This document shows positions 58,552-64,000 of a stretch of 64,000 bases of DNA, in pieces. The DNA comes from an uncultured archaeon (GTDB lineage Archaea > Asgardarchaeota > Hermodarchaeia > Hermodarchaeales > Hermodarchaeaceae): the NCBI GenBank assembly GCA_964347045.1, contig CAYFXC010000003.1, forward strand, positions 102,701 through 166,700. The letters run 5' to 3'. Below the pieces are notes generated by a model that searched no databases, was not told the origin of the DNA, and saw nothing but the letters and a program-made list of their open reading frames with translations. The position numbers and the translations under genes are program-made. Numbering within the stretch: the first letter of the stretch is position 1; every line of letters begins with the position of its first letter.

Positions 58552-59109
58552 ATGAAGGCGCTGATTGTCTATGGGACTCGGTACGGGGCAACCGCAAGTA
58601 CTTCAGAAGAGCTAGCGAAGACTCTTCGCAAAGAAGGGTTTGATGTTCAGGTTGTGGATGCGAAGAAAGAGAATGTCAAAGACATCTCTGTCTATGAGTT
58701 GATAATTGTTGGCAGCGGTATGCGAATAGGTAAATGGACGAAAGCACCGGAACAGTTTCTGGCGAAGTTCAAACAACAGCTGGCAAAGAAAAAAGTAGCA
58801 ATTTTTATCTCTTCTGCGGTTCAAGCACTATATGAACATGAGGGGAATACTGAGGAGATGGAGAAAGCATGGAGAAGAAATCTTGAAGAAAAGGCTTCGA
58901 AGTATTCCTTGAAACCTATTGCTTTAGCAATTTTTGGTGGCGTTTTTCCCTATGATAATCTGGGATGGATGATGAAAAAAACTGTGGGTCAAATGTGGAG
59001 GCAATTTGAAGAGGCAGGCTTTGAAAAGAAGGACGGTGCGTATGATACTCGTAACTGGGACGACATTCAAAGCTGGGCAAAAGAACTAGCTCAAAAAGTG
59101 CGCTCCTGA
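58552..59109 (+). CDS. Flavodoxin-domain protein (HemG/Flavodoxin_5-like)
   Basis: LIVYGTRYGAT, IIVGS, FGG, DTRNWDDI.SWA. Confidence 0.88.
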   Translation: MKALIVYGTRYGATASTSEELAKTLRKEGFDVQVVDAKKENVKDISVYELIIVGSGMRIGKWTKAPEQFLAKFKQQLAKKKVAIFISSAVQALYEHEGNTEEMEKAWRRNLEEKASKYSLKPIALAIFGGVFPYDNLGWMMKKTVGQMWRQFEEAGFEKKDGAYDTRNWDDIQSWAKELAQKVRS

Positions 59110-59144
59110 TAGTTCAGAAAGTGAAAAACAGATAATCGGATAAA

Positions 59145-60026
59145 TTGACATTGCTCATTCGCTCCTTTCAGCAATCAGATAAAGCCGCAATCGTTGAAAT
59201 CTCCAAGCGGACGTGGGGAGGTTATGATCAACTCCGATTTGAATTGGACGAGCTAATTGCAAATCCCCATTCGTATCTTTACGTAATAGAGTTTAAAGAT
59301 CGAGTTATAGCGTTTGCCAATCTGAACGTAATCGATGGTGGTAAGACTGGTTGGTTGGAGCACATGCGAGTCCATTATCGCTATCGGAAACGGGGTTTTG
59401 CCTGGAAAATGACCCACTGGCTTTTCTCGGAAGCGGAAGCCTTGGGCGTTCAGAGGTTACGGCTTGCAACCACAATAGAAAATAAGGCAACGCAACGGAT
59501 AGCCACACGTATTGGAATGCATCAAGTTCTGCAGATGAAAATATTCTGGAAAGGTAACTTCCGTGGAATCCGCTGGAAAGACACCTCAGTTCCTATCACT
59601 GCATGCTCACATGATGAGGCTTACATGCTTTTAGCCGCTCAATCTGACTTTGTTCCGGAAGGCATTATTACATATTATTGGCAAGCCTTTGATTTAGCAA
59701 AAGAGTTAGTCAAATCAATGAGTGAGCGATTTCGTTTCTGGAAAGGGGAAATTAACAACACGGCGAAGTCATTATCTTTCGGTTATGTTCGACCTTTTCA
59801 CGATGCTAATCTATGGTGTTCAACTATCTATGCACTGGATAAATTATCTTTTTACTCTGCCCTTTCACACCAATTGCAGATTGCTAAAGAGGAGAAAGCC
59901 CAGGGTGTGCTATGTTTTCATTCGGTCCCCTTTCAAGCCGCACACGAAATTCCAGGCTTAAAACACAACACGTTTTCGAGTTCCCTTTTGTTATTTGAAA
60001 AGCATCGCCCCTTTATCGAATCTTGA
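59145..60026 (+). CDS. GNAT N-acetyltransferase with an extra C-terminal domain
   Basis: GWLE.MRVH.RYRKRGFA (motif A), EN.A....A..IGM. Confidence 0.85.
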   Translation: MTLLIRSFQQSDKAAIVEISKRTWGGYDQLRFELDELIANPHSYLYVIEFKDRVIAFANLNVIDGGKTGWLEHMRVHYRYRKRGFAWKMTHWLFSEAEALGVQRLRLATTIENKATQRIATRIGMHQVLQMKIFWKGNFRGIRWKDTSVPITACSHDEAYMLLAAQSDFVPEGIITYYWQAFDLAKELVKSMSERFRFWKGEINNTAKSLSFGYVRPFHDANLWCSTIYALDKLSFYSALSHQLQIAKEEKAQGVLCFHSVPFQAAHEIPGLKHNTFSSSLLLFEKHRPFIES

Positions 60027-60108
60027 CGAAAAGTGTCACAATCCAATAGCTAAAGTGGATGAAATCTTTAATTAAATACAGAACCAGCTAATTGGAGATG
60101 AAAAGTGA

Positions 60109-60585
60109 ATGGGTGATGAACAAACAGCCTCAACATTATTATTAGCTGCTGGAATTATCCAAATTATCTTGGGGGTGATATTCACCATTATTGGAGTAGG
60201 CCTGACAGCGATTTTAATCCCCTCTATGTTCTATTTCACCTATCCGATTTATTTTGGGTGGTGGCTGCTTTTCCCCCTACTCCTCTTTGGGTCATGGGGG
60301 GTTATTGGACTGATTGTAGGTATACTATGGTTAGGTTGGCGAAATAATCCAAGTGAACATAAAACAGGTTTAATTGTTTCAGGAATCCTTGGAATGCTTT
60401 TTCTAGGCACAGTTCCTGGAATTTTGGTATTAATTGCCGGGGCTACCACACCATCTCCATCTGAGTACCGTCCCTATGAACCAGTGAGAAAACCTACAGT
60501 GCGAGTAGTGGTGAGCTGTTCCACGTGTGGTGCTGAGCTTACTAGCGAAGATCGTTTCTGTTGGAGATGTGGCAGTAAAAAATAA
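60109..60585 (+). CDS. Membrane protein with a C-terminal zinc ribbon
   Basis: 3-4 TM segments, then CSTCG...RFCWRCG. Confidence 0.85.
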   Translation: MGDEQTASTLLLAAGIIQIILGVIFTIIGVGLTAILIPSMFYFTYPIYFGWWLLFPLLLFGSWGVIGLIVGILWLGWRNNPSEHKTGLIVSGILGMLFLGTVPGILVLIAGATTPSPSEYRPYEPVRKPTVRVVVSCSTCGAELTSEDRFCWRCGSKK

Positions 60586-60737
60586 TTGACCGAAGACTTC
60601 AATTCCAAGATCAAAAAATACTCATCTTGTGGATTTTGGCTTCCTTCCTACCTACAATAGATTTACATTCAACATCAAGAATCTAGACTAGTATAAAAAA
60701 CAGTATGAGTTGTATCTACCCCCCGCAGGTGAACTGA

Positions 60738-61265
60738 GTGATTGGACTCCGAATATTTGGTTTCACAGATACTCCCCGAAATCTTTTAGTGGGACTCAAG
60801 AAGGCCCTAGATACTCAGTTTTCATTACACTTTAAACCAGTAAGCGTATATCCCGATTTATTGTCAATCCCCGAAACCGCTTATGATTCTCGACGACGCC
60901 AATATAATGCAGCCCCATTTCTAAAGGTCATTGATGCCCATGTTCCATCAATTGAACATGGGCTAGCATTAATCAATTTAGACCTCTTTGTACGAGATCT
61001 TAACTTCGTATTCGGTATTGCTCAACCTGGCGGAAATGGTCTTATAGCACTACCAAGACTCCGACCTAGCTTCTATCAGCAACCCTCGAATGATTCACTT
61101 TATTTTCAACGCATCCTCATTGAGGCGCTCCATGAGCTAGGTCACATACTCGGACTCGGTCACTGTGACCATTATTGTGTTATGCGATTCTCAAATACCT
61201 TAGCGGACACGGATCAAAAACCAGCCCAATACTGTGAAACCTGTTCACACAAATTGCAATTATGA
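60738..61265 (+). CDS. amzA: Archaemetzincin (M54) zinc metalloprotease
   Basis: AYD.RR.QY, DLF...LNFVFG.A, HELGHILGLGHC...CVMRFSN, D.K...YC..C. Confidence 0.93.
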   Translation: MIGLRIFGFTDTPRNLLVGLKKALDTQFSLHFKPVSVYPDLLSIPETAYDSRRRQYNAAPFLKVIDAHVPSIEHGLALINLDLFVRDLNFVFGIAQPGGNGLIALPRLRPSFYQQPSNDSLYFQRILIEALHELGHILGLGHCDHYCVMRFSNTLADTDQKPAQYCETCSHKLQL

Positions 61266-61359
61266 AAAGCACCACTTTTTCCTGCAAGCAGTTCATCTCA
61301 TACCTCAAGAGATGGCTTCTTATTTCATTATTGGCAAGGGAGAGTCAGCTGGTGTGAAA

Positions 61360-61960
61360 ATGTTTCTAGTTACAGATTTGAAAAAAACTTGGCATCTAAT
61401 TGCATATCCCAAACAAACCTTTGATAATGAAAAGATCATTAGTGGATATTGGCCATTACTACGATGGTTTTTACTATTCAATGTTATTCCCGCTATTTTT
61501 AACTCCCCTTGTATGCTGGTTTGAATTTCCTGCAAATATCATTCATTCTGGAACTAACGAGAAAATGGGGACCTATATCTATGCTCCCCTCCTCGAAACG
61601 ACAATCGGCTTTACTCGGTACTTCTGGGTGGGCGTTCTCACCTACCTGCTAAATGTTCTCAAGTTTCCCCTTATCGGACTAATTTATCATATAATTGCAA
61701 AGCTTCTTCGTGGCTCAGGATTTCTACTTGACTCATTTAAAGTGGGAATCTAGGCAGTGGCTCCAACTCTAGTTGTTGGTTGGATCCCCTATTTTGGATT
61801 AATCTCTGGGTTATGGGCAGGATACATGTATGTTGTTGCTTTGCAAAGCCTACATGAGGTTCCGTTAGGACTAGGAATAGCTGTAATCAACTTCTTCATC
61901 GGAATACAAGTTGTCTGGGCTTTCACATTTGGCTGGTTTGGAAGCACAACCTCCTGGTAG
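61360..61960 (+). pseudogene. Yip1-domain membrane protein disrupted by a frameshift and an in-frame TAG
   Basis: ORF pieces join into one Yip1-like sequence (P.QTF..E; HIIAKLL.G.G....SFKV..*A.AP.LV.GWIP; L..LHE); frameshift near 61495-61500, TAG at 61751-61753. Confidence 0.8.
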
Positions 61961-62012
61961 AAGCCCTTCAAAAAGTACATCATCACAAATATCTTTGTTC
62001 CATTCTTGGGCT

Positions 62013-62528
62013 TTAGGCTAAACGCAACTCGACATAATAATGACTCAGGAACCCTGAGAAAATACTTGGCGAGAGATTCGGTGTGGAACAAATGTAATGG
62101 TTATCATAGGTATTCCAAACTGTATCATTTTCTACAAAATGTAACACAACCAAATGACCTTCAATAGTCATTATCATTTGCTCCTCAGTAACTTGAAATC
62201 CCATAACACTATAGCTCCACTTGAGCAAAACATCATTATTCATATAATCTGGTTCAGGTGTGACAACCAGTAACCCAAAACCAGCTTTCACATTTAGGGT
62301 GACATTCCATTGCATAGCCGCTTCAAAGCCGCCATGGTGAACGCCCGAATCGTTGAAATAAAGACTTCCTGTTAAGATCAGACTGGGCTGATTAACGTAG
62401 TTGATGATTCCTACTGAAATGAGGCTTGTGGTAAAAATCACAATCAAGACCGAAATAACAATTAATCTTTTTTTTCCAATACCAAAAACCTCCTTTACAG
62501 ATGGGACATATTCCTCAATAGAAATCAC
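62013..62528 (-). CDS. Hypothetical protein with an N-terminal membrane anchor and a beta-rich extracellular domain
   Basis: KKR followed by a hydrophobic helix, then an aromatic, beta-strand-rich domain. Confidence 0.7.
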   Translation of the reverse strand: MISIEEYVPSVKEVFGIGKKRLIVISVLIVIFTTSLISVGIINYVNQPSLILTGSLYFNDSGVHHGGFEAAMQWNVTLNVKAGFGLLVVTPEPDYMNNDVLLKWSYSVMGFQVTEEQMIMTIEGHLVVLHFVENDTVWNTYDNHYICSTPNLSPSIFSGFLSHYYVELRLA

Positions 62529-62697
62529 AACCTAATATCCTAAGGATTAGAACACCCTTGGGTTCACTGTTCAAAAAAATTGAACAACGTCAAGAATGTG
62601 TAACAGAATTAATTTGCTTGCTCTGGACCTGTAAGACTGCTATATGGTGTGTTTATATAACAAGACTATACTAAAGAGGGGTCTACGAGGGACCAAA

Positions 62698-63930
62698 ATG
62701 GCAGAAATGAAACGTTCTGGCAGATACTTGTTCTTCCTCATTCTGATCATGGGTCTTGTGGGTCAGATGGATGTCTGGCTCTCGCTCATTGAAAGTTATG
62801 CTGCACCATATATTCTCGCAGAAGCTGGAATAGCCGCCACACCTTGGATCTTTGGCTTTTGGCAAGGCGTCTTTGGTGTCATCGTGTTTCTAGTATTTTT
62901 CATTGGGTGGTTCTCCGATTCTTTTGGACGAAAAATTGGAATCCTGGCACTAATTTTGGTAATGGGCATTCCTGCTGGACTAATACTCTTTATACCCGAT
63001 ATCTCAAATCTCTCTAATTTCTTCATTTTCATCCTTCTTTACTCCATAACCATTATGGGCACAACCTCGAATCTCTGGGAAGTGCCAATCGCAGAGGATT
63101 CCCCTGCAAAAAGACGGGGACTCTACGCCAGTATTGCATTTCTCATTAGTGTCATCCCCCTCTACGCCCTTATCGGATCAGATATAATCGATGCCTTGGG
63201 CTGGCGATGGGGCTATGGTATAATGGCCATCTTCATGATTGTTCTTCTTGTCTTCTGGATTTTCATGCAAGAAACCTTCCGATGGAAAGATGTGAAAGAA
63301 GGGCGCGGTGAAAAACGACTCGGTGTCATGGAAGCAATCAGATCACTTAGCCGCAGAGACCTTGCCTATGTAGCTATTGCTTCCTTAGTGTATCTAATGT
63401 GGACAATTTCCTTTAAGCTTGGAACAACTTGGTCTGGAGTCTTCTTTACAAGCTTTATCACCGCCGCAGAGTGGAGCACAATTCTTACTATCGGCGGCTT
63501 GATGTTGCCCATTAGCGCTATCATCTCCGGCGTTCTTCTCGAGAGAGTAGGACGAAACTTCACTCTCATCCTCGGAACTCTTGGTTCCGTCATCAGCTTC
63601 ATTGGTCTTGGGTTGACTTTTCTACCAGCATTCTTCTGGGGTGTCTACTTCTTCATGGCTATGGTCCTAGCCTGGATTTACGTCTATGTAACAGAAATTT
63701 TCCCAACGAAAGTGCGTTCCTCAAGTGTGGGTATTGCAGTCACTGCGTCTCGACTTGGATACATTTTAGCTCCACTAATCGCTGCACTTCTACTGCTTAC
63801 CTTGCCAGGAAATTGGCTGCTTTTCTGGATAATTGCTGGTCTATTCATGGTCTTCCCGTTGCTGTCTTTCCTGACCAAGCCCTATGAAACGAAGGGAAAG
63901 GAACTCGAAACTATTGACGAAGAAAAATAA
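62698..63930 (+). CDS. MFS transporter (sugar porter/SV2-like)
   Basis: GWFSDSFGRK, E.SPAKRRG, LGWRWGY, ERVGR, EIFPTKVRS, ETKGKELE. Confidence 0.93.
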   Translation: MAEMKRSGRYLFFLILIMGLVGQMDVWLSLIESYAAPYILAEAGIAATPWIFGFWQGVFGVIVFLVFFIGWFSDSFGRKIGILALILVMGIPAGLILFIPDISNLSNFFIFILLYSITIMGTTSNLWEVPIAEDSPAKRRGLYASIAFLISVIPLYALIGSDIIDALGWRWGYGIMAIFMIVLLVFWIFMQETFRWKDVKEGRGEKRLGVMEAIRSLSRRDLAYVAIASLVYLMWTISFKLGTTWSGVFFTSFITAAEWSTILTIGGLMLPISAIISGVLLERVGRNFTLILGTLGSVISFIGLGLTFLPAFFWGVYFFMAMVLAWIYVYVTEIFPTKVRSSSVGIAVTASRLGYILAPLIAALLLLTLPGNWLLFWIIAGLFMVFPLLSFLTKPYETKGKELETIDEEK

Positions 63931-64000
63931 TTTACTTAAACTGAAACTGAGCCGGTCGGACAAATCGTTCACTGGCTCCTTTCTTTTCTTTCTCCTTCTC

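Overview
A gene-dense, chromosome-like archaeal window of about 55 CDS plus one tRNA-Arg(TCG); no CRISPR array, rRNA or mobile element was seen. Archaeal identity rests on type II MetAP, proteasome alpha, FBP aldolase/phosphatase, four-subunit porCDAB and archaemetzincin. An Asgard-type host is inferred from the eukaryote-like RPB5 and the coiled-coil/winged-helix proteins; this is not proven. The best candidate for a new system is a cytoskeleton-like locus at 16.6-22.4 kb: a ~900-aa all-helical protein built from ~60-80-aa degenerate repeats (spectrin/EzrA-like rod), a divergent tubulin/FtsZ-superfamily GTPase (GGGTGCG signature, CetZ/tubulin-like C-terminus, large H6-H7 insertion), a 336-aa helical protein, and a convergent coiled-coil + winged-helix protein. 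A second protein with that architecture lies at 10.4-11.5 kb. Other highlights are a two-domain, eukaryote-length RPB5/Rpo5; a CoA-transferase-fold pair lacking the catalytic Glu (AibAB-like); a 2-hydroxyacyl-CoA dehydratase/benzoyl-CoA reductase-type triad; a duplicated MacB/LolCDE-type ABC operon; a probably inactive NYN protein; tRNA-Arg head-to-head with argS; several candidate structured ncRNAs including a C/D-box sRNA; and a Yip1 pseudogene. All family calls come from motif recognition by eye, and comparisons with reference proteins are from memory. No database searches were run.
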